Positions 24,480-37,772 of a stretch of 64,000 nt of DNA are shown piece by piece. The stretch is from the NCBI RefSeq assembly GCF_030028105.1, contig NC_092379.1, forward strand, positions 20,065,309 to 20,129,308, read 5' to 3'. How positions within the stretch are numbered: the stretch's first letter is position 1; each line of letters begins with the position of its first letter. Source of the DNA: Mobula birostris (taxonomy: Eukaryota). Made by a program: the position numbers and the translations under genes. The notes below the pieces were generated by a model. That model was not told where the DNA came from and did no database searches. It saw only the letters and a list, made by a program, of their open reading frames with translations.

Positions 24480-27378
24480 AGTTCGCCCCTCATTTTTGGG
24501 CGGAACTGAATGCACTGGTGAGGTCCACGTACCAGAATTTCAACAACCGGCTGCTGGAGGACGGCCGGTTCTGGAATTCGTTCCAGCTGTTCTGAGAGTC
24601 CTCACGCGAGGAGCAGGGCAGTTTCCCCTCCCTGCGGTTCTGGTGGGACATGGGCAAGATTCACGTCAGTCTTTTCTGCCAGGAATATGTGTGCGGCTCA
24701 ATGTCCGGGATCGATCGGCTCGAGAGGGAGCTAGTCAGGGCTGGAGCCGACCGATTGGGACAAGTCCCTCTTAGATGAGTACCAGCGAATGAAGGAAGCG
24801 CTGAGGCACCTGCAGCTGGAGAGGTCCCGAGGCGCTTACATGAGGTCGCGGGTCCAGATGCTGCAGGATTTGGACCACACCTCGCCCTTCTGCTACTCTT
24901 TCGAGAGTGGGAGGGGTGTCCGCAGGCAGTTAGTGGAATTGTTGGCAGAGGATGGCTCTTCTCTTCTCTTCTCGCCAGACCCGTGCAGTGAGGATGCGGG
25001 AGGACTAGCCGAAGGTCACCCCTGGGGTTGCTGAGGGGCTCAATGCACCTCTATCTTTAGTGGAGCTGACCAGTGCCCTCAGACAGCTGAAGAGAGGCAA
25101 GTCCCCAGGACTAGATGGGTTACCGGTAAAGATTCTCTGGGCCTTCTAGGGCATCCTAGGGGCTGATTATGTGAGGGTATTGGGAGAGTGCATGGCGACA
25201 GGCGACAGATCAGATGCTCCTTTCTTGGCGCAGAGCAGTCGTGGCCCTGATGCCTAAGAAGGGGGATCTCCATAGCCTGCGCCCAGTAGCGCTCCTCAGC
25301 GCGAATTACAAGTCTTTGCCCGGGTAATGGCTGATTGTCTGGGCACTGTACTGGCGGAAGTGGTCCACCCTTACCAGTCTTACATGGTCCCGGTACGGTC
25401 GATCCAGGACAATATCTACCTTGTCCGGGATCTGATCTACCCGTGCCAGGAGGCTGGCCTATCGGGCGCCTTTCTCTCTCTCGACCAAGAGAAGGCGTTC
25501 GATAGGGTGAACCATAGGTACCTTTTTGGGACTCTGCGTGCATTTGGGCTCGGCTAACGTCCAACTGCTGTAGGCCACCGCGGAGTGCCAGGTGAAAGTG
25601 AAAGGGTCCCTGACAGCGCACTGGTGCTTTGCGGGGAGGGGGTGCACCAGGGATGCCCCATGTTGGGACAGCTGTGTTCATTTTGCGTGGAATCATTCCT
25701 GTGCCTTCTCTGCAGGAGGTTAACGGGGTTGGTTCTGCACGAACCGGACATGGAGTTCGTCCTGTCGGCCAACGCCGACAACATCCTCCCTATGGTCACC
25801 AACCCAGTTGACATGCAGAGGATGGGAGACTGCTAGCAGGTTTTCTTGGCCGCGTCTTCTGCAAGGATCAACTGGGAGAAGAGCGCGGGCCTCTTGGTGG
25901 TGAGATGGTAGGTGGACATCCTACTGGAGGGGTTGAGGCTATTTGCGTGGAGCACCACGCACCTCCCCTGCTTGTGAGTCCACCTGAGCACGACGGAGGA
26001 AGCCTCGCCGGCGAACTGGCGGGAGTTAGAGGTGACGATCTCTGCCCGGCTGGGGCGCTGGTCGGACCTCCTTGCTGCGGTCTCGTACCAAGAGAGGGCT
26101 TTACTGGTCAATCAGCTGGACACCTGCAGGCTGTGGTACCGGCTATCTGCATTGGTCCCACCCATAGCGTTTATGTCCAGGATCTGGAGGGGGCTGGTGG
26201 CCTTATTCTGGGGAAATAGGAGACATTGGGACTCTGCAGCGGTCCTGAGTCTTCCGATTGTGAAGGGCGGTTAGTCCTCGGTGTGTGTTTGCACCCAGCT
26301 GTTGCTCTCCACCTCTGGGCCCTGCAGAGATCCCTGTACTGTGACCACCCTCTGACATGGCACGCACTGGTAATGCATTTTCTCCGCGGGGGACACTGCC
26401 GACAGGAGGATACGTGGATCCCGGCAGACGGCGTCGGCCGTGCCACTCTGAGGGATCTACCCTGCTTCTTTCGGGAACTGTGGAGGGTGTGGGGTCTGCC
26501 TCATCCAGGTAAGGTGCTCCTGCGCCGTTGGGGAACGGCGCTCTAGCTGCTAGGGGGCTGGTTGTGAACCTAGTGCAGTGGGTGTCGTGAGGGCACGGGG
26601 TAATGGAGAGGTTCCAGCTGCACTAACACCCGATGCCCAGGTCTCGGTAGACCACGCGGGAGAGGGTCCCGCATAACGTGAGCCGCCTCGCGGGGATGCC
26701 CAGCGTGCCCTTCCGCGACGCTCCGAAGCGCTTCTTGTCCGGGCTGCTCCTGCACTCCTTCCATGTCTTCGCCTTCGTCTGCAGCCCAGACACGCCTTGG
26801 CATGCCACCATACGGCAGCGGAGGAGGTCCCCAATATAAATCTCTTTACGGAGGGGTGCTTCCCCTGTACATTGGGGAGCTGGGGTGGAAGGTGTTGCAT
26901 CGGGCAGTCCCGTATAACAGATTCCTGAGCATGTTCACTGACACCCCATCCAGCTATCCATTCTGCGGGCGGGAGGAGTCGGTGAACCACGCATACACGG
27001 AATGCGAGAGGGTGCAGCCGCTTTTTGTGTTTCTAAAGGGGTTGCTGCTGAGGTTCTGGCTGCACTTTACTCCCCCACTCCTCAGATACCGGCACCCAGT
27101 TAGGAAAGAGGCGGGCGAGAGGAGGATCTCCTGGTGGGCTTGGTTCTGGGCCTGGCCAAGATGGCCATTCACAAGTCTAGGTAGCAGAAGGTGGGGGGCG
27201 CTGCCCGGGCCATCTGCCTACCCCTTTTCCGAGGATACGCCTGTGCCTGACTGTCCTTGCAGAGGGAGCACGCGATTGCGGCAGACACACGGGGGGATTT
27301 CCATGAGCGGTGGGCCCCCTGCGGTATAGACTGTTTTATACATGGTGGTAACCATATTGTAATGTGAGTATAAATACA
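24480..27378 (+). mobile_element. GC-rich decayed Tx1-like (L1 clade) LINE ORF2
   Basis: RSIQDNIYLVRDL, LSLDQEKAFDRVNH, QGCP, and C-terminal CPFCGREESVNHAYTEC zinc-knuckle remnant; many frameshifts. Confidence 0.8.
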
Positions 27379-28479
27379 GTCCTGGAAAGATTGATTGTCT
27401 TGTTTCTATGTGTGTAAAAAAGGAATCTCCCCTCCCCTACTGAGCAGACAGGGTAAACACCCTGAGGGAACGTAAATGAACACGATTGGCCCTTATATTG
27501 TTTTTGCAGTTTCGTGGTCACTTAAACAGTTACCAGCCACTTATTAAAACAAATGCAGAAAATACCCAGCATTTCAGAGAGTGTCTGTGGAACGGGAAAT
27601 GGAGAAAACATTTCACAGGAAAATATTTCAGTAAATGTGGATTAAATTTTAAAATTAACACCACATATATTTATTTTATTGACACAAATATTTAAATACA
27701 CCCTTTTCTGTGTAAAGTGTAAAGAAACTGCAGCTTTGTCAGAATGTTGTGTGTTCAAACTGCACTACAGAGGCTTCTACACATTGTCCAGGCTGACAAT
27801 TCCCACACGGGCAGAGGGAGAGCTGCTCTGCTGGAAATTCAGTCACAACTGAAGCACTCATCGGAGGCTCGGATCATGTTGGTTGAGAGCAGAGAACAAA
27901 TCAAAGATCGGCTGATCTTATCACTGAGCCAGATTAAAAAGATTAAGATGTTGTCACGAAAGGCGAGGGAAGATCCAGTTTTCAGCTCACTTCTCGATGA
28001 GGCTTCACTTGCCTCAGCACTGAACTGACTCTGCAGCTGCGGCCTGCAGCCATCGGCACTCACCTCAGCACTGAGCCTGGCTCCACGGCCGTGGCCTGCA
28101 GCCATCGGACTCCTGGACCGGTTGCAGTGCTGAACTGACGTCGTGGCTGTGGATTTACTTCAGGGGGCTCTGCGGTTCAGGTTCTGTGGATTGTTTGTTT
28201 GAATTTTTTATTGTTTGCACAATTTGTTCTTTCTTTTTCACACACTGGATGTTTGACTCTGAATTCTATTGTGTTTCTTTGTTTTGTGGCCGCCTGCAAG
28301 AAGAGAATCTCAAGGTTGTATGTGGTGCACATACTTTGATAATAAATGTACTTTGTACTTTGAACTTTATCAGTTCACTCACAAAACTAAACCAGGACTG
28401 CACCGTGATTCGGTGTTTATCTTGAATTCATAGCACAATGTAAACAATTTCAATAATGGGATGAGTCCCAGGACCCTAC

Positions 28480-28797
28480 CTTGGACGTTCTTCACTTGCT
28501 TCTTGATACTGCTGTTGGAGGGGGGATGAATCACTGTACAGCTGAAGACTGATTCTGTCTTCCACTCCTGTAAACTCACGGTCAGGAAGTGTCTGGCACT
28601 GAAAGTCCACCCCTGCTCCAGAGCGGTCGGTGTAGCCCTGGTGTTGGAGGTGATCACGGTGCTACCTTTCTCCCAGATGACATTTATTTGGTCCGGGTAG
28701 AATTCGGAGACCACACACTCCAGTGTGACCATTTTCCTATTCTTGATCTCTTCCTGAGGTGGAGGCAGCAGACTGACATTGGGACTTTTTATTTCAA
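28480..28797 (-). CDS. Ig heavy constant exon type B, unit 2, intact
   Basis: 318 nt, phase 1/1, AG/GT, open frame. Confidence 0.92.
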
Positions 28798-28885
28798 CTG
28801 GAATAGACAAGAAAACAAAGGAAATGTCAAACATTTTGACTCAGGTAACTAATGCTGACCCTTTAATCGCTGGTCTCTTGCCCAC

Positions 28886-29188
28886 CTTTGGTACTATTGG
28901 TCCGTGCTGACCCTCGGGAAGATGAAGAAGATTCCTGAGCAGAGCACTCGTACTCCACCCCACTGAACCACTCCTCCACATTGATCTGGAGTTCACTGAG
29001 CACTCTGTATCGGGACCCGTCCATCTCCACTTGACGCCTGACAGGTCCATTTGTTTTCTCCTTCCCGCCCACGTGCCAAGAGATGCGGATATCTTCGGGA
29101 TCTGTACAGATAACTGTGCACTTCACGGTCGCAGTCTTGTCAATCCACATCTCTTCAATGTTGGGATTTTGAATAAAGACAGACAATT
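28886..29188 (-). CDS. Ig heavy constant exon type A, unit 2, intact
   Basis: 303 nt, phase 1/1, AG/GT, open frame. Confidence 0.92.
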
Positions 29189-29304
29189 CTGTGGATTAGA
29201 AATGGAATATTTCTATGGGTTGTGTTAGGACAATATAGATCATCAGTAAATGACAGGTGCATTTAATGCAAACAGAATAACAGAAACACCCAGGGCCGAA
29301 TCGT

Positions 29305-29501
29305 CAGTCAGTCTGTTGATGATCATGTCTTCACCTCTGTTGCTGTTTGGACCCAGAATCCTCACCCCATCTTCCCTCTTCCTCTGTCCATCTGTCAGGT
29401 TACACTGAATCCCTGTACTTCACTATGTACCACTTCACGCAGAATGGTCGTTCAGATCTGTTCGATGGAAGGTTTGTTTAAAGTCACTGAGGAGCGGGTA
29501 T
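29305..29501 (-). pseudogene. 3'-truncated type C exon with early stop
   Basis: DTRSSVTLNKPSIEQI*; same fusion point with the A-upstream intron. Confidence 0.8.
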
Positions 29502-30812
29502 CTGAACAGTCATCTGGGTGAAGTGTCACAATTATTATTTCACTATTCCCCGATAGATGAGTCGTGACTGACAAGATCTCTCATTGATGATTTGCCAGAC
29601 TGATCAAGAAGAGGTGAGACGTATCTACATTGGTGAAGAAAGGAATCTCTCCTTGTGATCAGATAGGCTAAAACCCCTGAGAAAACGTAAATGAACAAGA
29701 TTGGCCCTTAAATTCTTTTTGTAGTTTCATGGTCACTTAAACTGTTACCATCCACTTATTAAAACAAATACAGAAAATACTCAGCATTTCAGAGTGTGTG
29801 TGTGGAATGCAGAACAGATCAAAGTTGCAGATACAAATCTTCCAGAAGATACAATCATATTTCAAAATGTGTTAGAAATATTCAGTCTCTGTCACAAATT
29901 TTTAACTGTACTTGTTTCCTCTATTAGGTGAAACTAAAATTTGCTGCTGCTTTGTCAGAATATTGTGTGTTCAAGCTGCCCTCCAGAGGCTTCTGCACAT
30001 TGTCCAGGCTGACTTTCCCACACTGGAGCAGAGGGAGAGCTGCTCACCTGGAAATTCAGTCACAACTGAGGCACTAATTGGAGGCTGGGATATTGTTCAG
30101 AGGCAGAGGGAGAGAACATTTTGAAGACAAGTATCAGGGATCTCCAGAGTACCTGTCGGATGAAATGGTCTGGATTCTCCTCAAGTTATGAAAGCATGAT
30201 CTTAGATACAATAATTTCTATAGTGAAGCTTTTGGATTATCTTGGTTGAGAGCAGAGAACGAATCAAAGATTGGCTGATTTTATCACTGAGCCAGATTAA
30301 AAAGATTAAGATATTGTCACCAAAGGCAAAGGACAATCTGGTTTTCAGCTCACTTCTCGACGAGGCTTCACTCGCTTCAGCACTGAACTGACTCTGCAGC
30401 TGCGGCCTGCAGCCATCGGCACTCACCTCAGCACTGAGCCTGGCTCCACGGCCGTGGCCTGCAGCCATCGGTCTCCTGGACCGGTTGCAGTGCTGAACTG
30501 GCAACGTGGCTGTGGATTTACTTCAGGGGGCTCTGCGGTTCAGTTTCTGTGGATTGTTTGTTTGAATTTTTTTATTATTTTCACAATTTGTTTTTTTTTC
30601 ACACATTGGATGTTTGACTCTGAATTCTATTGTGTTTCTTTGTTCCGTGGCTGCCTACAAGAAGAGAATCTCAAGGTTGTATACGGTGCACATACTTTGA
30701 TAATAAATGTACTTTGTTCTTTGAACTTTATCAGTTCACTCACGTTATTAAACCAGGACTGCACCATGATTAAGTGTTTACCTTGAATTCAAAGTACAAT
30801 GTAAACAATTTC

Positions 30813-31427
30813 TATAATAAGACCTTTAGACATAGGAGCCGAATTGGGCCATTTGGCTCACTGAGTCTGCTCTGCCATTTAACCATCCCTGATCCTTTTT
30901 TCCCCTCCTCAGACCCACTCCAAAGCCTTCTCCCCAGAACCTCTGATGCCATGTCCAATCAAGGACCTATCAAGCTCTGCCTTAGATATACCCAGCGACC
31001 TATCTCCCACAACTGTTGTAATAAATTCCACATATTTACCACCCTTTAGCTAAAGAAATTTCTCTACATCTCCTTTTTAAATTGATGCCCCTCTATCCTG
31101 AAGCTGTGCCCTCTTGTCCTGGACTCCACCGCCAAGGGAAAATTTCATTCCACATCTACTCTCTGTAGGGATTTCAACATTCGAAAGGTTTCAATGAGAT
31201 CCCTCCCCATGCATCATTTAAAATTTGAATGTGTATTGACTCAGATCTATCAAATGTTCCTGGTAATGATAACTCTTTCAGTCCCTGCATCATCCTTGCG
31301 AACCTCCTCTGAACCAATTCCAGCACACCTTTTCTAAGATGAGGAGCCCAAAACTGTTTACAATACTCAAGGTGAGGTCTCACCAGTGCCTAATAAAGCA
31401 TCACATCCCTGTTCTTGTATTCTAGAC
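30813..31427 (-). mobile_element. CR1 3' fragment
   Basis: [17 protein letters not shown] in ORF 31174-31383; CR1-type 3' tail near 30815-30870. Confidence 0.75.
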
Positions 31428-32757
31428 CAGGAGTCCCCAACCTTTTTTGTACTGCGGACCGGTTTAATGTTGGCAATGTCCTTGCGGACCGGCCGACCCG
31501 GAGGGGGGCGGGGGGTGTAGAGTTGCCAACGGACAAGAGTAGCAGTCAAATACGTTGCGTTTACCCAGAGGAAGACTACAATGACCATGAAGCCTTGCAC
31601 AGGCACCAGTATGCATGCATGACCTGCCCATGTGTGTACCTGCCAATTTTTTTCCCTGCAAATCATTTTTGGCAATCCTGCTCGGCGGGGTGGGGGGTGT
31701 GGTTGTTAATCACGACCGGAATATAGGTGAGAAGTCGGTAATACACTCAATTTCGTTTGTAAAAGAGTTTACCTAACGAATTTAATATTAAACACAGTGC
31801 ATATTTTCCTCGCATGAATATAGTGATAAGTCAATTATCAGCAGAGGACAGGGGAGCTTGAAGTAAGTATTGAACGAACTTCCAGTAGAAGTGGCAGAAG
31901 CAGGTTCGATATTATCATTTAAAGAAAAATTGGATAGGTATATGGACAGGAAAGGAATGGAGGGTCACGGGCAGAGTGCAGGTCGGTGGGACTCGGTGAG
32001 AGTAGCGTTCAGCACGGACTAGAAGGGCCGAGATGGCCTGTTTCTGTGCTGTAATTGTTATATGGTTATATAAGTAAGTCAATAGCATCATAACATTTTA
32101 AGTAACGTTTGTACATTAAACACACAGCACATATTTTCCCCATGTGAACATATAAAATCATTGCAACGCACCAATATTGCTGAATCAGTGGGAGTCCTGG
32201 GCTTGTTTCCCCGCAACAAGACGGTCCTATCGAGGGGTGATTAGCCACAGCGATACTCAAAGCGGGTTCCTTATGTCCAGTCTATTCCGCAATTTAGTTT
32301 TCGTTGCATTCATTGTGGAAAACTCCGCTTCGCAGAAAAATGTTGGAAATGGAAGCAACGTTTTCAGTGCTTTTGCGGCTATCTCAGGATGTTCAGCCTT
32401 GACTTTGATCCAGAATGTCGGCAGAGATGTTATGTCAAACATACTTTTCAGCCCACCATCATGTGCAAGGTTGAGGAGTTGATCTCCTTCCCGCGCTGAC
32501 ATGGATGTTGCACGGGTAATGACCTCGCATGTGTAGTGGCTCAACAGTGGCCGTGACAGGGAATGAGGAAAGATTTCCTCGCAGCCCGGCAGGGAATGAG
32601 GAAAGGTGCCGCTGACAGAGAAAGGTGCTGCCCGTGACACGGAATGAGGAAAGGTGCAGCTGACTCATATCGCCAAATTATATAGTTTCCTCGCGGCCTG
32701 GTAGCAAATGCTTTGCTGCCCGGTACTGGTCCACGGCCCGGTGGTTGGGGACTGCTC
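31428..32757 (-). mobile_element. Non-autonomous hAT (Charlie/Buster-like) element
   Basis: TIRs caggagtccccaacc / ggttggggactgctc; hAT dimerisation remnant FWIKVKAEHPEIAAKALKTLLPFPTFFCEAEFS on the minus strand. Confidence 0.8.
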
Positions 32758-32774
32758 GGGGACTCCATAGTGAG

Positions 32775-33095
32775 AGGTAAATAAATAAAGACATCCGTTA
32801 GTCTTGCGAGACCATGGATTTGCGCCTGGAAAGTCTTCACTCTCCAGGGCACAGGCCTGGGCAAGGTTGTTTGGAAGACCAGCAGTTGCCCATGCTGCAA
32901 GTCTCCCCTCTCCACAACACCAATGTTGTCCAAGGGAAGGGCATTACGACCCATACAGCTTGGCACCAGTGTCGTCGTAGAGCAATGTGTGATTAAGTGC
33001 CTTGCTCAAGGACACAACATGTTCCCTCGTCTGGGGCTCGAACTCACGACCTTCAGGTCGCTAGTCCAATGCCTTAACCACTTGGCCACGTGCCC
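32775..33095 (-). mobile_element. tRNA-derived SINE
   Basis: Minus strand ggcacgtggccaagtggttaagg (A box) ... gttcgagcc (B box), (TTTA)n tail. Confidence 0.7.
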
Positions 33096-33099
33096 ACAC

Positions 33100-36000
33100 T
33101 AGTGAGAGGTACAGATAGGGGTTTCTGCAGCAACAGGCGGGATTTAAGGATGGTGTGTTGCCTCCCTGGTGCCAGGATCCAGGACATCACGGACCAATTG
33201 CAGGGCATCCTCAAGGGAGAAGGTGATCAGCCGGAGGTGGCGGTGCATGTCGGCACAAGTGACGTCGGGAAGAAGATGAGAGACATTTTGCAGTGTGACT
33301 TCAAATAACTCGGAAGAAGGCTGAAAAGCAGGTCCTCCAGGGTGGTTATCTCGGGTTTGCTTCCAGTTCCTTGTGCTGGAGAGGACAGAAACAGGGAGAT
33401 AGTGGATCTGAATGTGTGGCTGAGGAACTGGTGCGGGAATAAGGGATTTAGATTCTTGGACCACTGGGATCTGTTTTGGGGTAAGGATGAATTGTGCAGA
33501 AGGGACAGGTTGCATCTTAACAGATGGGGGACCAGCATTCTGGCAGGCAGGTTTGCCACTGCTGCACGGGTGTGTTTAAACTAAGTAGTGGGGGGGGAAG
33601 GGATGAACTGGAAATATAAGAATGGAGTTCAGGGAATCAGAGAATAAGAAAAGTTAGGAAAGACAACAGAACTAAAGGGGCAGAAAGATCAGGAAGGGAT
33701 CGGAGAGTATGGGCAAGTGGAATAGGAATCGATGTGAAAGGTGAGGGGAGTAAAAGTATTACTTTAAAAGGATTTAAAGTATTATATATGAATGCACAGG
33801 GTATAAGAAATAAAGTGGATGAGCTTGAGGCTCAGTTGGAAATTGGCAAATATGATGTTGTGGGAATAACAGAGACATGGCTGCAAGAGGACCAGGGCTG
33901 GGAAATGAATATTCAGGGTTATACATCCTATCGAAAGAACAGACAGGTTGGCAGAGGGGGTGGGGTGGCTGTGTTGGTGAGGAATGAAATTCAGTCACTT
34001 GCGAGGGGGGACATAGAATCGGGAGACGTAGAGTCAGTATGGATAGAGCTGAGAAACTGTAAGGGCAAAAAGACCCTGATGGGAGTTATCTACAGGCCCC
34101 CAAACAGTAGCCTGGATATAGGGTGCAAGCTAAATCAAGAGTTAAAATTGGCTTGTCGCAAAGGTAATTCTACGGTTGTTATGGGGGATTTCAACATGCA
34201 GGTAGACTGGGAAAATCAGGTTCGTACTGGACCCCAGGAAAGAGTACTTGTGGAATGCCTCAGAGATGGATTCTGAGAGCAGCTTGTATTAGAATCTACC
34301 AGGGAGAACGCAATTCTGGATTTAGTGTTGTGTAATGAGCCAGATTTGATAAGGGAACACGCGGTAAAGGAGCCATTAGGAGGAAGTGACCATAATATGA
34401 TAAGTTTTAATCTACAGTTTGAGAGGAAGAAGGGAAGATCGGAAGTGTCAGTATTACAGTTGAACAAAGGGGACTATGGACCCACGAGAGAGGAGCTGGC
34501 CAAATTTGACTGGAAAGATACCCTAGCAGGGATAACAGTGGAACAACAATGGCAGGTATTTCTGGGAATAACACAGAAGGTGCAGGATCAGTTCATTTCA
34601 AAGAGGAGGAAATATTCTAAGGAGAGGAAGGGGTGACCATGGATGACAAGGGAAGTCAAGGACAGTATAAAAATAAAAGAGGGGAAGTATAACATAGCAA
34701 GGGTGAGTGGGAAGCCAGAGTTTTGGGAGAATTTTAAGGAGCAACAGAAGATAACTAAAAAGGCAATACGGGGGGAAAAGATGAGGTACGAAGGTAAGCT
34801 AGCCAAGAATATAAAGGAGGATAGAAAAAGCTTCTTTAGGTGTGTGAAGAGGAAAAAATTAATTAAGACCAAAGTTGAGCCCTTGAAGACAGAAACAGTT
34901 GAAATGATTATGGGGAACAAGGAAATGGCAGAAGAGCTGAACAGGTACTTTGGATTTGTCTTCACTAGGGCAGACACAAACAATCTCCCTGATGTAATAG
35001 TGGCCAGAGGACCTAGGGTAACAGAAGAACTGAAGGAAATTCGCATCAGGCACAAAATTGTGTTGGGTAAACTGATGGGACTGAAGGTTGATAAATCCCT
35101 GATGGTCTGCATCCCAGGGTACTTAAGGAGGTGGCTCTAGAAATCATGGATGCATTGGTAATCATTTTCCAATGTTCTATAGATTCAGGATCAGTTCCTG
35201 CAGCTTGGAGGGTAGCTAATGTTATCCCACTTTTTAAGAAAGGAGGGAGAGAGAAAACAGGCAGTTATAGACCAGTTCATCTGACATCAGTGGTGGAGAA
35301 GATGCTGGAATCAATTATAAAATATGAAATAGTGGCACATTTGGATAGCAGTGGCAGGATAGGTCCAAGTCAGCATGGATTTACGAAGGGGAAATCACGC
35401 TTGACTAATCTTCTGGAATTTTTTGAGAATGGGACTATGAAAATGGACATGGGAAAGCCAGTGGATGTCGTGTACCTGGACTCTCAGAAAGCCTATGATA
35501 AGGTCCCACATAGGAGGTCAGTGTGCAAAATTAGAGCAAATAGTATTGGGGGTCAGGGTACCGACATGGATAGAAAATTGGTTGGCAGACAGGAAACAAA
35601 GAGTAGGGATTAATGGGTCCTTTTCAGAATGTCAGGCAGTGACTAGTGGGGTACCGCAAGGCTTGGTGCTGGGACTGCAGCTATTTACAATATGCGTTAA
35701 TGATAAGATGAAGGGATTAAAAGTAACATTAGCAAATTTGCAGATGACACAAGGCTGGGTGGCAGTGTGAAATGTGAGGAAGATGTTATGAAAATGCAGG
35801 GTGACTTGGACAGGTTGGGTGAGTGTGCAGATGCATGACAGATGCAGTTTAATTTGGATAAATGTGAGGTTATCCACTTCAGTGGCAAGAACAGGAAGGC
35901 AGATTACTATCTGAATGGTGTCAAGTTAGGAAAAGGGGAGGTACAATGAGATCTAGACGTCCTTGTTCATCAGTCACTGAAAGTAAGCATACAGGTACAG

Positions 36001-36676
36001 CAGGCAGTGAAGAAAGCTCATGGCATTTTGGCCTTCATAACAAGGAGAGTTGAGTATAGAAGCAAAGAGGTCCTTCTGCAGTTGCACAGGGCCCTGGCGA
36101 GACCAATACCTGGAGTATTGTGTAGTGTTTTGGTCTCCAAATTTGAGGAAGGACATTCTAGCTATTGAGGGAGTGCAGCGTAGATTCACGGGGTTAACTC
36201 TTGGGATGGTGAGGCTGTCATATGTTGAAAGATTGGAGCGACTGAGCTTGTATACACTGGAATTTAGAAGGATGAGAGTGGATCTGATTGAAACATATAA
36301 GATCATTAAGGGATTAGACATGCTAGAGGCAGGAAACATGTTCCCGATGTTGGGGCAGTCCAGAACCAGAGGCCACAGTTTAAGAATAAGGGGTAGACAA
36401 TTTAGAACGGAGTTGAGGAAAAACTTTTTCACACAGAGGGTTGTGGTTCTGTGGAATGCTCTGCCTCAGAAGGCAGTGGAGGCCAATTCTCTGGATTCTT
36501 TCTAGAAAGAGTTAGATAGAGCTCTTAAAGATAGTGGAGTGAAGGGATATGGGGAGAAGGTAGGAAAAGGGTACTGATTGTGGATGATCAGCCATGATCA
36601 CAGTGAATGGTGGTTCTGGCTTGAAGGGCTGAATGGCTTACTCCTGCACCTATTGTCTATTGTCTATTGTCTATTG
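33100..36676 (+). mobile_element. Long CR1 LINE (ORF1 SGNH-esterase remnant plus ORF2 EN/RT), decayed
   Basis: CCLPGARIQD...VHVGTSD (esterase-like); YMNAQGIRNK...GITETWL, MGDFN, QHGFTKGKS, YLEYCVVFWSP; (CTATTGT)n tail at 36650-36676. Confidence 0.9.
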
Positions 36677-37366
36677 CCTGTCCAGTGAAATGGTCTGGAT
36701 TCTCCTCAAGTTGTGAAAGCATTATCTCAGATACAATAATTTTTATGGTGAAGCTTTTGGATTATGTTGGTTGAGAGCAGAGAACAAATCAAAGATTGGC
36801 TGATTTTTATCACCGAGCCAGATTAAAAAGATTAAGATTTTGTCACCAAAGGCGAAGGATGATCCAGTTTTCAGCTCACTACTCCATGAGGCTTCACTCG
36901 CCTCAGCACTGAACTGACTCTGCAGCTGCGGCCTGCGGCCATCGGCACTCACCTCAGCACTGAGCCTGGCTCCACGGCCGTGGCCTGCAGCCGTCGGTCT
37001 CCTGCACCGGTTGCAGTGCTGAACTGGCAACGTGGCTGTGGATTTACTTCAGGGGGCTCTGCGGTTCAGTTTCTGTGGATTGTTTGTTTGCATTTTTTTA
37101 TTGTTTGCACAATTTGTTCTTTCTTTTTCATACATTGGATATTTGATTCTGAATTCTATTGTGTTCTTTTGTTTTGTGACTGCCTGCAAGAGAATCTCAA
37201 GGTTGTATATGGTGCACATACTTTGATAATAAATGTACTTTGTACTTTGAACTTTATCAGTTCACTCACATAACTAAACCAGGGCTGCACCATGAATAGG
37301 TGTTTACCTTGAATTCATAGCACAATGTAAACAATTTCAATAATGGGATGAGTCCCAGGACCCTAC

Positions 37367-37684
37367 CTTGGACATTCTTCACTTGCTTCTTGATACGGGT
37401 GTTGGAGGGGGGATGAGTCACTGTACAGCTGAAGACCGATTCTGACTTCCACTCCTGTAAACTCACGGTCAGGAAGTGTCTGGCACTGAAAGTCCTCCCC
37501 TGCTCCAGAGCGGTCGGTGTAGCGCTGGTGCCAGAGGTGATCACAGTGCTGCCTTTCTTCCAGATGACATTTATTTGGTTCGGGTAGAATCCAGACACCA
37601 CACACTCCAGTGTGACCACCTTCCTATTCTTGATCTCTTCCTGAGGTGGAAGCAGCAGACTGACCTTGGGACTTTTTATTTCGA
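37367..37684 (-). CDS. Ig heavy constant exon type B, unit 1, intact
   Basis: 318 nt, phase 1/1, AG/GT, open frame. Confidence 0.92.
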
Positions 37685-37772
37685 CTGGAATAGACAAGAA
37701 AACAAAAGAAATGTCAAACATTTTGACTCAAGTAACTACTGCCGGCTATTTAATCACTGGTCTGTTACCCAC

